Assembly: GCF_036321535.1 (NCBI RefSeq)
Contig: NC_087444.1
Location: forward strand, 68,386,001-68,450,000
DNA length: 64,000 bases
Origin: Camelus dromedarius
Lineage: Eukaryota
Reading direction: 5' to 3'
Below the pieces are notes generated by a model. That model saw nothing but the letters and a program-made list of their open reading frames with translations, was not told the origin of the DNA and ran no database searches. The position numbers were made by a program, and so were the translations under genes. This document shows, piece by piece, positions 21,700 to 33,800 of the stretch; position 1 is the first letter of the stretch, and every line of letters starts with the position of its first letter.

Positions 21700-22110
21700 T
21701 ATGGGTTGGTAGGTGGTCCCCCTCAAAAGATACGGCCACATCCTAATCCCCAGAACCTGTGCATGCTATTGTATTAGGAAAAAGGGTCTTTGTAGTTATA
21801 TTTAGGTTGGGGACCTTGAGATGAAATGATTATCCTAGGTAACCCTGATGGGCCCTAAATTCAAGGACAAGTGTCCTTAAAAGAGTGAGACAGAGGGAAA
21901 TCTGAGAGAGAAGGAGGCATTTGAACAGGAAGGCTGAGATTGGAGGGATGTGACCACAAGCCAAAGAACACTGGCCACCACCAGGAGCTGAGAGAGGCAG
22001 GGAAGGATTCTCTCTTAACTCTGGAGGGTGCCTGCCAACTTGATTTCAGACTCTTGATCTCCAGAAACGTGAGAGAATACATTTCTGTTGTTTAAGCTAC
22101 CAAGGGTACA
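21700..22110 (+). mobile_element. MLT1 (ERVL-MaLR) solo LTR
   Basis: cctaatccccagaacctgtg...ccctaaattcaa...aagccaaagaacac...ctccagaaacgtgagagaatacatttctgttgtttaagc. Confidence 0.7.
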
Positions 22111-23555
22111 CCGATTTGTTGAGTGAGTTACTAGACCTCTCTGGGCCTCAGTTTCCTACCTGCCAAATGGGTTTAACAAGAGTATCTGTTTCCTAGGGAG
22201 GATGTGGAAATTGAATTAATGACTCCACGTAAAGAACTTAGAACAATGCCTGGCACACAGGCAGCCCTTAATTACATGAGAATTGTCATTCGGGTGTGAG
22301 CTCAACTCTGAGTGTCTGTAACACGTGTTTCTCAGCATCTTGTGGGAATCTGGGGCATGAAGGGCCCTTGGAAGTAAATGGGGTTATCTGGGGTGGTATG
22401 GGCCTGTGAGAGGGAACTCTATTTCCTCATCTGTGAAATGGGCATAGCAATAGCTCCCCACTCAGGGTTGGTGTGCAGGCAAGAAGGGTGCTGGAGCATA
22501 TCGGGCCGGCGTGTAGCTCCACACATACTTCTCTATTACCTTTCCTTTACCCATAAAATGTCCATAATAGTAGCACGTACGACCTTACCCTTATGAGAGG
22601 ATGAAATGAACTTCTAATACTTAGAACAGCACCTAGCAAGCAGAAAGCGCTCACTGTGGTGCATGTTACTGGTCGTCCGTATGGAACTCTGCGCCTGTGC
22701 TTACCTGGCCCAGGTGTGGGATGAGGATTGGGCAGGATGTGGCCGTGGGCATCTGGCCCTGCAGGTTCCTCCGCCATCCCACTTCCTCCGCACCCTGACC
22801 TCCTGCCCCCAACATCGCTCCAGCCCTCACTCCCAATTCCCTGTGACCTCTGAGGGCGGAGGCTTTGGCAGCCTGTGCCGCCTGCTCCAGCCCCAGGGAG
22901 GGGAGCAACGCACCCTGATACCCAGGTGGGGTTGCTGCTTCTCCCTCAGTGTCTCCCTGGGGTCTCCCATCTCTGTGACTCCTCATCGCTGGCTCTGGGT
23001 CTCTTTCAGTCCTCCGCCCCCCACCCCCATTACGTTTCCAGAAAAGGAAATATCAGGGACCCAAGGTTGTGTCCTAGGGCAGGGCAGAGGAGGAAGTAGC
23101 AGAAGCAGGACCTCCCCTCCCTCCCCACCCCCACCCCTCACCGCCTAGCTGAGTGCCGGCAGGATGGGGAGGAAGAGGGGGTTTCATTAATTAGCCTCTA
23201 ATCCTGCCATGCGGGATCTTAACGAGGTGGATGGGCCTCATTAGTGAGCCGGAGCCCTGGCATTAGCGCCTTTGTCACACCCCTCTCCCAGGGCTGGGTC
23301 CTCAGCTGGCCCTGGGGAAATGGGGGCAGGAGGCCTGGGATACGGAACCGGGCTGGGACCTGGACTTCTGCATTTTGGGAGGAGGGGCTGGGACCCGGAC
23401 TCCTGGGTCTGATGGAGGAGGGCCAGGGGCTCAGATCCTCCCCTCAACACACCCCTCACTTAAATGTCAGCCGAGGTACCCCGCCCTCTCCCGCCCCGGG
23501 TAACCCCGCGCTCTGCCCCTGCAGAGGAGCCGGGACAGTCGCCCAGACCCGACAG

Positions 23556-26372
23556 ATGGAGAAGGTGCAGGACGGACAGGCGCTCGGTGGCGGGATGGAG
23601 GCCGACCAGCCCGCAAGCCCCCAGGAGCCGCCGTCGCCGCCCTCGCCGCCCTCGCCTCCGTCGCCGCGGTCGCCCGCGGCCCCCGAGGCCCCCGAGCTCC
23701 TCGCGCCCGAGCCGCCGACCGAGGCCTCCGCGCGGCAGCTGCTGCTGCAGGAGTGGGCGCCGCCGGGCGGGAGCCTGGAACTGCCCCCTCGCCTCACCTG
23801 GAAGCTGCTCTTCCTGCGGCGGCCGCTCTACCGCAACCTGCTGCGCTCGCCCAACCCCGAAGGTGCGGGATGGCGGCCCGGCCGGGCTGGAGCCGCCCGA
23901 AGGCCGCCGCGTCCCCGTCTTCTTCCCCTAGACTCGCTCACTCTGACCCTGTGTCTCTGCTTTCCGCCGCTCTCTTCTGTCTCTCCGTCTGTCTCTGCGT
24001 CTGTCTGCAACTCTTTATTCCTCTACATCATTCTCTGTCTCTTTTCTCTCATTGTGCAGTTGTCTCCTTGCGTCTCTCTGTCCCACCTGCATCTCCATCT
24101 CTATCTCTTTGTGTGTCATGTCTGTCTGTCTCTCCCGGTGTCTCTTTGTCCCACCCTGTATCTCTCTCCCCCTCCCTCCGCTCATATTCTGCCTCTTTCT
24201 CTTGGTGCCTTTCTCTGTCTCATGGCAAAGCCCTCCCGTTCCCAGCATTGTCCCTCTGTCCCCAGGACCTTCCCAGGGCTCTCTCAGGGCCCTGACTCAC
24301 TCATCCCTGCCAGGCTGGTCTGGCCTGGCAGGCGTGGCACTGATTCCCGTCCTTCCAGCGGAGCCCTGGGGGCAGGGAGTGGGGAGCATGAGGAAGGTGG
24401 GCAGCCTCAGCTCGCCTGAGGCTCCACTTCCCTGTACATTTCAGGCATCAACATCTACGAGCCAGCGCCCCCTACTGGTCCCACCCAGAAGCCCCTGGAG
24501 GCCCTGGGTAAGCTATTGGTGGCTGGCCAGGTGGGGAGGGGGTGGTCCTGGAGAACAGGTGCATTCTAATCCTTCACTTCTCCACCCGCCAGGCAATTTC
24601 CGTGGGTGGCACATTAGGACTGAGAATCTCCAGCAGAACCTCAGGTGAGTGGCCAGGACCCATGTGGTCTGAGTGTGACTCCCTGCTCTCTCCTTCCTTG
24701 CTGTGGGACCTGGAGTAACCCTCTTTGACTCTCTGGGCCCCAGTCTCCTGCTCTGTAAACAGAGTTCGTCATAAGAGAGAACATATGGCAAAGGATCTGA
24801 CCAGGACTAGCTTGCACATAGTAGGTGGTCAATAAATAGCAGCTAATACTGTTTCTGCGCTCAGCCTTTCTGTGGGAGGTGGAGGCTCAGCCAGGCCACC
24901 AGCTGTTCTCGATTAAACCAGGCCCTGCTTCTGCACAGGGGGTGAGATGGAGTGACTCAGGGGCTCAGAGTTATGCATCCCAGGGTTGGGTTCCCAGCTC
25001 TGTCATTTCTTTTCTTCTTAATCTTGGCAAATTACTTCCCTTAGTGAGCCTCGGTTTCCAGTTTCCCCATCTGCAGCCCGGGGTTCAGAATGCATCACCC
25101 TCAGAGGAGCTTGTGGGAACTGAGTCTGCGAGGTGCTGAGTGAGGGCTCAGGGCCTCTATGTGGGTGCCCTTGACATCACTTCGATGTCAGGATGCCTGC
25201 CATGATCAGGGTGTCCTGATTCTGGGGGCCAGGCCAACCTGGGGGATGCCTGAGAATCCCAGCAAGTGACAGACCTCACCTCCTTCATGCCCTCTCTCAC
25301 AGCTGGACTGTGAAGCAGCAGTGTGTGGACCTTCTGGCCGAGGGCTTGTGGGAGGAGCTGTTAGATGATGAACAGCCACACATCACGGTCATGGACTGGT
25401 ACGTGCCTCTCCCAGCCAGCCTGACCAGCCAGGTGGCACACGGGGTCTCCTCAAAGGGCAAGCCTCTCCCTGTCCTGCAGCTGCAGGATCCAGCCCTGCC
25501 CACCTCTCTGGCCCCTTCTCTCTGATTCTCAGTTGTTCAAACATGCCAGCCCAGAGGCTGTTCCTTCTTCCCTGGATCCTGGCCACCCTCTTTTCTAGAA
25601 ACAAATTCCTCCCTCTCCTTTAGGAGTCGGTGCACATGGCTCCACCAGGAAGCCTTCCCTGACCACTGCCAAACTGGGTCAGATGCATTATGTTCCAGTG
25701 CCCCGGATGTCCCCCATCCCAGCCCTGACCATTCCTGGTTGTCACTGCCTGGTGACATGTCTGCCTCCCCCACTGGACCATGAATCCCATGAAGGCAGGG
25801 CAGGGGGCTGTCGTGGTCACTGCTGTGTGGCCAGCACCACCCATCCCCAGTGCACAGAGTGGATGCCAGTGAGTGTGTGTTGAATGGTGACAGAGCCAGG
25901 GGTTGAAGCTGGGAGCTTGGGGCAGTGGTGGCAGCTGAAGGCCTGGCCCCCACCCCCAGGTATGAGGACAGCCGGCTGGATGTGTGTGTGTATGAGCTGC
26001 ACGTCTGGCTGCTGGCAGCTGACCGCCGCACAGTCATTGCACAGCACCATGTGGCCCCCCGGACATCTGGAAGAGGCCCCCCCGGCCGCTGGGTCCAGGT
26101 GAGGCTCCCTACTGCGGCCACCACCCGTACCCACGTGGTCGTGTCCCAAGACCTCGCAGAGGGAGGAGGGAGGAGAGCAGGATTTCTGGGTCCCTAATAA
26201 GGACTTCTTCCTGACCCCGGGGCTGCCACAGGTGTCCCACGTGTTCCGCCAGTATGGCCCCGGCGTGCGCTTTGTCCATTTCCTGCACAAGTCCAAGAAC
26301 CGGCTGGAGCATGGTGGGCTGCGGCGGACAAGGGTGACCGACTCCTCCGTGTCTGTACAGTTCAGGGAGTGA
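23556..26372 (+). CDS. NCCRP1: NCCRP1 / FBXO50 (F-box-associated domain protein), 6 exons, 265 aa
   Basis: Exons 23556-23862, 24445-24507, 24593-24644, 25303-25398, 25960-26098, 26232-26372 (798 nt, GT-AG, phases consistent). Pro-rich N-terminus, LYRNLLRSPNPEG, KQQCVDLLAEGLWEELLD, SHVFRQYGPGVRFVHF. Confidence 0.96.
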
Positions 26373-26786
26373 CGGGCTAACTCCGGGCCCGTGCTGACCC
26401 CTTGTCTCACCCATACACCCCTTGACACCTCCCTGAGCCGTTAGCATCTCTCTGTCCCCTTATCACTTCTGGCCTCTTAGCATCTCCCTGACCCCACAGC
26501 AGCTCCATGGCCCTTAGAAGTCCCTAACCCTTAGCACCTCCTTGTCCCTGAAGCACCACCATGTTCCCTTAGCACCTCCCTGCTCCCTTGATACCCTCAT
26601 GACCCGTCAGCTGCTCCAGGATCACTTACTACCTCCTACACCCCTTAATCCTGCCTGGCCCTTGGTTTCTCATTTGACATCTCCACACATCTTTGAATGT
26701 CTGACTCTCTGGCATTTTCTCTGCCCTCCCTGAGTGCCACAAGGGCAGTGGCACTTCTTCCAGTGCTTGATGGATGGTAGGGGTTC

Positions 26787-26816
26787 AATAAATCTTTGTT
26801 GGCTGAAATGAATAAA
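26787..26816 (+). terminator. Candidate NCCRP1 poly(A) signals (two AATAAA) within an L2 3'-end remnant
   Basis: AATAAA at 26787-26792 and 26811-26816 in an L2-tail-like context (gttcaataaatctttgttggctgaaatgaataaata). Which site is used is unknown. Confidence 0.4.
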
Positions 26817-27830
26817 TACACGTGCCCAAGGATGCTGACTATTTCCTTGCTGTTTGCTCCTTAGAACTTGACTGAGTTCATTTCCCACTTGTATATCCTC
26901 TAATCCTTGATCCTCCAGCCTCTCACAACCCCTGAACCTTTTACACCTCCCTTGACCTCTGATTTCTTCACTTATCCCCAATATACAGCCTCCAAGCATC
27001 TCTGCTTACCTCTTCTGCCATATCTCTTAACTCTCAGAATCTCCCCCAATTCCCTTCCTCCTTCCAACCCCAGCTGTCAGCCCCCTAGAGTTGTGCCCCT
27101 ACCTCTCTTATCTCCAAGACCCCTCATTTCTTTTCTCTAGTTCCTTCTCTACCTCCTCCCAAACCCAGATATCCATCAAGGGCCCTTATTACCCTTGGGA
27201 GAAGTAGGGGAAAATAGGTTGAAAAGTCAAATTTGCAGAAAGATGCAAATTTGAACTAAAGTGGTCTCCAGGTGTTGGGGAGGGGGGCATTGAAAGTATT
27301 TAACAACCCATAAGTCCTGGGCAGTGGCAAAATCACAAAACAGACCCTGGCCCTAGCCTAGGGTAGGGTCCTTGAAGGCCTCCTTCTGTCCCATGCATGA
27401 ATTCGGAGGGAGTCCAGAGGTCCCGGGCAGGCCTGAAAAACCGGGAAGCTTTCAGAGAAGGGCCGTCCACCAAAAGTGTGGGAAGCATTTTGACGTTTAA
27501 CCATCTGCACGTCACACGTGTCCTGTGGTGGGGGGGTGTGCACGCACCTAAATCCATGTCAGGACCCATGTCCCTGGCATGGGCTGACCCAGGCCTCACC
27601 ACCATGTTCTCCTCACCATCCCACCCCGTGTTCATGTGGACTCGGGTCCCGAGCACAGTAGACAGCAGACCGGGATGACTTACAAGGGCTGTATTACAAG
27701 GAAGGCAGGGTGGGGGCAAGCAGAAAGCTCTCTTCTCTTGGATCTTGGGGACTTCAGCAGATCCCACAGACAAGGCCAAGTGAGGGCCTCAGCAATTTGT
27801 GGAGGATGGAGGTGACAGACCTCTAAGGTA

Positions 27831-29154
27831 TCAGTTGCATCTGCAACAGAATCAAAAATGATTACTACGGGATGCCAAGGGCTCAGAGCCTTAAAGTGTG
27901 GAGAGTTCTAAGCCTGAGAAGAGGTGGGGAGCTGGAGCTGGGCTCGAAGTTCAGGACCTAGGCATCCTGGCCTGGGAGTTTGGGGCTGGGGGCTCCTGGA
28001 GCTCTTGGGGATAGAGGGGCAGCTGGGGGTGGTTTTAGAGGGCATTCTGGCTAGATCTAGGGCCTCGAAGTCTGTGAGCGTGGATATGTGAGTCCAGGGT
28101 GGGTTCAGGGGCCTCCAAAGTTGGGTCTGGGGGCTTCAGAACCTTCACAGGGGCTCTGGAACTGGTTTCCCGGCCACAGCCATGGTTGCACTAGAAGGCC
28201 TAGGTGGGTGGAGCATGAAGGATAGATAGGATATTCCTAGACTTAGGTCTGGGGTCTTGAGTTCTGGGTCAAATGTAGAATCTGGGAGTTTCAGAGTCAG
28301 GTCTGAGAGCTCTGGGATCTGATGACTTAGAGGGTGGGGAAGAACTGGTTTTGGTTCTGGGGGCTTCAGGGTGAGCTAGACTTGGGGACTCCGGAGTTAG
28401 TCTGCACTCCCTGGAAAGTGCAGCTGCCAGTAGGCGGTAGGCAGGTGGGGGATTCAGGAAGGTTGGAGGGGGCAATGGAGGCAGGAAGGTTGGGTCAGCT
28501 TCTGAGTCTGGGAATCTCAGAGTTGGGTCTGGGAGATCCAAGGGGCATGGGCTTGGGGGGAGGTGGGGGTTGGGGTGAGGAGAAGGGGGATCTCCAGGAC
28601 TGGTTCTAAGGATGCCCAATTTGGGTCAAAGTTTCAGGGGGCGGGGCGAGGGGGGCGGTCTGGAGCCCCGGTGCTGGGTTGGGAGCTGGGGAAGCAGATG
28701 TGCGGACTAGGAGACACTGGCGGGGCGGGGTCTGGACGGGCGCGGGCGCGCACCTGCAGTAGAGCGCGGAGATGGCGTTGGACCAGTCCCCGAAGATGCC
28801 GCGGCGGTACTCTTCCAGGCGCGGGTAGGTGCCGGCCGAGAACTTGCGCTTCTTGCCGGCCTTGCCGCGAATGGACCACACGGTGAGCTCGCAGCGCTGG
28901 CCCACCACGAGCGACGAGATGACGTTCGTCCAGTCAGAGGGCAGGTAGGGCAGGTCGGCGCCCGGCTGCAACGCCAGCTCGGCGCCGCCGCAGCAGTTCT
29001 CGTAGTAGGGGTCGCTCTTGTCGTAGAGCTTGGCGCACGTGCGCGTCCCGTTGGCGCTCTTGAGGTCGGCGGGCACCGGGCAGGCGCCTCGGACACCGGG
29101 GACGGCCGCCAGGGCCAGGGCCAGGGCCAGCAGCAGTGGGCACAGCGGGGACAT
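27831..29154 (-). CDS. SYCN: Syncollin (zymogen granule protein), 2 coding exons, 136 aa
   Basis: Exon 1 29154-28754 ([26 protein letters not shown]...[18 protein letters not shown]...SALYC AG|gt). Exon 2 27840-27831 (A TGC AAC TGA) follows a strong acceptor (tttttgattctgttgcag), giving the C-terminus YCRCN*. Confidence 0.93.
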
Positions 29155-29185
29155 GGTGACACTGCGAAGCGACGCCCCCATGTCC

Positions 29186-29228
29186 TTTTATGCATCTGAT
29201 CCGTGGGAAAGGAGAAGCTGCGAGATAA
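29186..29228 (-). promoter_or_regulatory. SYCN proximal promoter: CATAAAA TATA-like box, E-box, PTF1-like E/TC composite, GATA site
   Basis: Minus strand reads ...TTATCT...CAGCTT-CTCC-TTTCCCA...CAGATG CATAAAAG, 30-75 nt upstream of the ATG. Confidence 0.6.
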
Positions 29229-31154
29229 GGACTTGGGGAGGGAAGGGGAGGGCGCCCCTCTCCCAGGAACAGGGAGACCGTCCTGAAGTAGGTCAAAAAC
29301 CCAGACCGAAGAATACAAGACAGACTTATTTGTAGAAAATTAGCAGCTTAAATTTTATGTGGCAAATAGCAGGACCAGTGACTTGCAATACAAAGGGTAG
29401 CATAGGGTTAATAGCTCTAGGTAGGAAGAGCCCTTGAAAATTGACAAGGAATGAAACAACCCCCTTCCAAACGAGGAGAGACCCAGCGAGGGGAGAGGGG
29501 GAGGGGGGCTGGGCTCCCAGGCTGGGCAGGTCTCCTACCCGGACGCAGGACCTTGGGAAAGGAAAAGCTGGAGATAAGGAGAGAGAGACCCTGGCGGGGA
29601 AGGGAGAGGAGGGGAGGAGATGGGGAGGGAGACCCCGTTCCCTCCTCCCCCGAAGCAGGAGATCCAGACCAAGGTCGAGATGTTGATAGACATATTTGCA
29701 TAACAAAAACCATTGCAAGGTACAAAAAGCTTGGGGAAAAATTTGCAGCACTTGGGGCCATGTAGAATTAGTAGCTATAATATATAAAGAGGGCTTACAA
29801 ATTGACAAGATATCAAGATCCCCTCTTCCAAGGACAAGCCAAAGAGGGAGAGACTGAGGAAAGAGGAAACTGCCACCCCCTTATTCCCAATCCCAAGGAG
29901 CCAGGAGATTTTCTTAACTAAGTTTGGATAACTTGAATCTATAAAATAAATAAAGATCCTATTGAGCTGTATAAAACTTAAACTTTTTGTAATAGCAACA
30001 AAGAACAAACAAAATCCTCATTGGGTGAAAACAGACAATTCTTGTACAATGAGTGCTTACTAATCAGCAGGCAGCAGTGACACAAGTCTAAGGCAAAATT
30101 AAGCAGCTGTACAGGAATGTTAGGGAGGCTGGGACCCCAGGGAGATACAGGGCCCCCGGCATCTGGTTGTGTGACCAAGGCCCTTTAGAGACTTTTTGGA
30201 GTTCCTGGCCTCCTGCCAGATGAGCATAGGGTCAAAAGTGTGGGTGAGCTGATCAGACAGACAGTGGTTCAAGTCTGTGGCTCCCTGGGTGAGTCCAAGT
30301 CTGGGCCTCAGTTTCCTTATCTGTAAAATGGGCGAATTTTCTTCCTACACTGTAGGATTGTTGTGAAGATTACAAGGGATAGTAGAAAGTATGGGGGCTA
30401 AAGGAATAGCCTGTGGAGCCAGGCTGTCTGGAGCCAGATCCCAGCTCCTCCACAAGCTTTTGCACAGGATTCCATCTTAGGGCCTCATGGAGACAACGAG
30501 GGTATCCACCTCAGAACGCTGGTGTAAGGAGTATGAATTAATCCACATAACCGTGCTGAGAATAGGGCCCTTGCTTAGCGCCGTACAAGCATCTGCCATA
30601 TTATTATTACGAGAGCCCTTAGTGCAGTGCCTGGCACACAATAAGGGCTCAATAAACGTAAACCAGAACAACACATCTGCTCTTGACCACGGCCACTCAG
30701 CTGACCCTGATCCCTCCTGGGCCCCCAGATGCCATCTTCCGCCTTGGCCAGGGTAAGGTTAAGAGGTTAAGAGCCAAAGGCTGGGAACACTTGAAACTAG
30801 GTTCACATTTTGACTCTGTCACCTTGCTGAATGCCCTTGGGCAAGTGAACTCACCTCTCTGAGCTTTTCCTCCTACCTTCAAGGGGATACTAGAAAATGA
30901 TCATCAAAATAGAAAAGGATAATAGAAAATTACTGTATCAAGGCATTTATAACTAATAGAATATTAGGAACCATTCACATAATTGTGACTTATAAATATA
31001 ATATAAATACTGCATGTGTGATATTGAATAAATGCAACCGTATAAATATATTTATAAATAACAGTATAAATATAATATAAAAACAATATGAATATAAAGC
31101 ATGAAGTCCAGTATGTGCTCAATAAGCAGGAATTACTAGGACTGTTCTTAATAC

Positions 31155-31244
31155 TTTCTTTTCCCCCTTTACAGAGGGACTGGGGATTGAACCCAGAACC
31201 TCGTGCGTGCCAAGCACACGCTCTACCACTGACCTATACCCCCC
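31155..31244 (-). mobile_element. Vic-1-like tRNA-derived SINE
   Basis: Reverse complement reads gggggtataggtcagtggtagagcgtgtgcttggcacgcacgaggttctgggttcaatccccagt: A and B boxes plus an A-rich tail. Confidence 0.8.
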
Positions 31245-32387
31245 ACCCTATTAAGACTATTCTTATAATGGCTCCGAGACCCTAGACCCTGACCTGGGCC
31301 TGCCTCAGACCAGACCTGGATCCTTCTCCCTCCTTTCCTCTCGTGACCTTTTGAAATCTAATCTCCAGCCGCTAACTTCCCAGCTGGCCTCCTTAACCTC
31401 AGGGGCACAGAGTTCCCACTGTCCCAGCTGTGCAAGGGCATCTGGACTCAGGGATGGACACAGTCACCTAGAACCCCAGCCACCCAGGAAGGCCATGAGT
31501 TTCTGACATGGAGAGCGACATGGGATAGTGAGGAGACCTCGACAGAGAGGCAGACCATGGACAGGAACACAGGACCCATGGGGCCAGAGCACACAGCCAG
31601 CGTCAGAGAGAACCCATGGAGACCCAGGACATGGGCACTGCATCCCCAACCCTGGGACAGACACATGGGCAGGGGGGTAGGGACACTCCTTCACGCAGTC
31701 AGCCACTGATGATCACTGATTCTCACTGGTGGATCCTAGAGGGCTACACATATTGAATGTAGACACATGCTTATGTCCCAGAGAAACACAGTCCCAGACA
31801 ATGCCCCACTCCCTGTAGAATCACACACCCACAGCCACCAACAAGCTCCCACCCCTCAACCACTACCCCCCTACACTCCATGAAATTTCAAATCACAAAC
31901 CCCCATGCCCACATCTAACATGCCCACATGAGCACTCACCAGGCATCTTCATCCAGAAACAATTTCCTCACTGTTAATAAGACAAACTGGACAAATAGTA
32001 GAAAAATAAACATCTCCTTATTACACTTTTTTTTTCTTCAAATGGAAGAATGTCCTTGAGGAACCCATGAACCTTTGAGAAAGTCAGAAGGTAAACCAAC
32101 AATTCGAACACAATGTGAAAAGAGTTATAAAGGACTCTAGGACTACAGTGGGAAGAATAGCAGGCTTATAAAAAAAAATCCACCAATATATTTTGATTCA
32201 TATAATAGGAAAAAAACCCTCTTTTTAGATGTCACACCTTGATTTGACATTTTTCATTAGACCATAAAAAAGGAGATTGGTATACATGTGAAATTGTCAC
32301 TGGAAGTTTTTGTCTCAATAAGGGTGGAACCAAAACATAAATAACATGATAGGTGACACATAAGTTAAATGAAAATGCTAAGTCTGG

Positions 32388-32488
32388 TGGAAGGGTATAG
32401 CTCAGGGGTAGAGCACAAGCTTAGCATGCACAAGGTCCTGGGTTCAATCTCCAGTACCTCCATTTTCAAAAATTTTTTAAAAAAGAAA
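32388..32488 (+). mobile_element. Vic-1-like tRNA-derived SINE
   Basis: gggtatagctcaggggtagagcacaagcttagcatgcacaaggtcctgggttcaatctccagtacctcc plus an A-rich tail. Confidence 0.85.
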
Positions 32489-32611
32489 ATACTAAATCTG
32501 CTGCATAAATACAGGAAAATCACATCAGCACTTAAGTTCACACTAGATCATGGGAATGCATTACACTTCTGTAAGAATAGGTCACTGACTGGGATCATTT
32601 CTATATAATCC

Positions 32612-32730
32612 TTTTTTTTTAATGTTTTTTTGAGGGGAGTAATTAGGTTTTGTTTTTTTTTTTAATGGAGGTACTGGGGATTGAACCCAGGACCACGTTC
32701 ATGCGCTCTACCACTGAGCTCTACCCTTCC
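32612..32730 (-). mobile_element. Vic-1-like tRNA-derived SINE
   Basis: Reverse strand has A/B boxes and the characteristic tail aaaacctaattactcccc. Confidence 0.85.
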
Positions 32731-33399
32731 AACCTCTGCCTGCCCCTCCTCAACAGTCTTGAGTTTTAAACGTTCTCTTGGTAACTTGATGCTGGAGTTT
32801 GAGAACCACTGGGTTAGGGCTTTGGTCTCCTAACACTTCATATGTCACTGGTTGTTTATTACATCTAGAATTTCTATATTGATACCTCAATTTGCTCAGC
32901 TCCTATAAAGTTTATTTTACATAGATTTCCAAACAAATTATTAAACAAAATTCCATTAGCAATAGAAAACGGAGTATCTCTGGGGATCCCAGATGCAGCG
33001 GCGTAAGACAGTGCCTGGTACCCAAATGCTGGAAATGAACTTGAATCTTCCCCAAAACAGACAAAAAGTCAGTCATCATCTAACTTCAAGACGTGGCTGA
33101 AGACCATTTTCTTAGCTACACCTGCCCCAGGTGAGGTGCCTATCTGTAAGGCTCCCTGGGTCCCACGACCCCTTTGTGGTCTAGGCCAGAGCTACCCAAC
33201 CTTCACTGGGCTGCAAATTACTTGAGGGTGAGGTGGGGCGGGGAGGGTCCTGTTAAGATGCAGATCCCAGTTCAGCAGGTCTGGAGTAGGATTTCGGGTC
33301 CGCCATTTCCAGCCAGCTCCCAGGTGATGTCAGGCTGCTGGGGGCCATTGAGTAAGGGTGACACACCCAGCTGAGACAGATGCAGCAAGAAGACAGCTC

Positions 33400-33800
33400 C
33401 AAACTGGCAACCTGCCACCAGGAGGGCGTGGCGGGAATTCAGAAGTGAGCCAGGCCCTGGGGGCCGGGAAGAGGTCGGGGAACACGGGATGGTTGAAGCT
33501 GGAAGAAAAATCCAAATGACATTTCGGAAGGAAGCTTGTGGCAGAAGCAAAGTCCGAAATTCCCGAGGGCTGCAGCAGCTTGGGCTCGAGAGCCCCGGCA
33601 GGTGGGCAGTGGAAAGCCTACTCACCCCGGGGCGCGGAAGGTTTCGCGTGCGCCCGCCGGATCGGGGGAGGCTGGGCGCACTCGCAAGGTGGCGCCAAAG
33701 CACAGAGATTCCTGTCGCGGGCTGGGGCGTGCTGGGGCCCGGGTTCAAATCCCCACTCTGCCACTTACGTGCTTCGCGAACCCGGGAACTCGCTCAACCT
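33400..33800. promoter_or_regulatory. Orphan CpG-rich element with a CTCF-like motif (33682-33695)
   Basis: Dense CpGs in an otherwise CpG-poor intergenic region. TCGCAAGGTGGCGC has one mismatch to the CCRCNAGRKGGCRS core. Confidence 0.5.

Noticed and set aside
23244-24419. 391-aa ORF reading through NCCRP1 intron 1, with a hydrophobic Leu/Ser/Cys-rich tail
   Set aside because: The intron is CT-rich low-complexity sequence that lacks stop codons by composition, and canonical splicing gives the recognisable NCCRP1 protein.
28269-28412. Alternative SYCN acceptor (tttccag at 28411) that would add an in-frame 46-aa tail (ECRLTPE...RFYI)
   Set aside because: Its pyrimidine tract is weak, the tail is not recognisable, and the distal acceptor at 27841 gives the expected short C-terminus.
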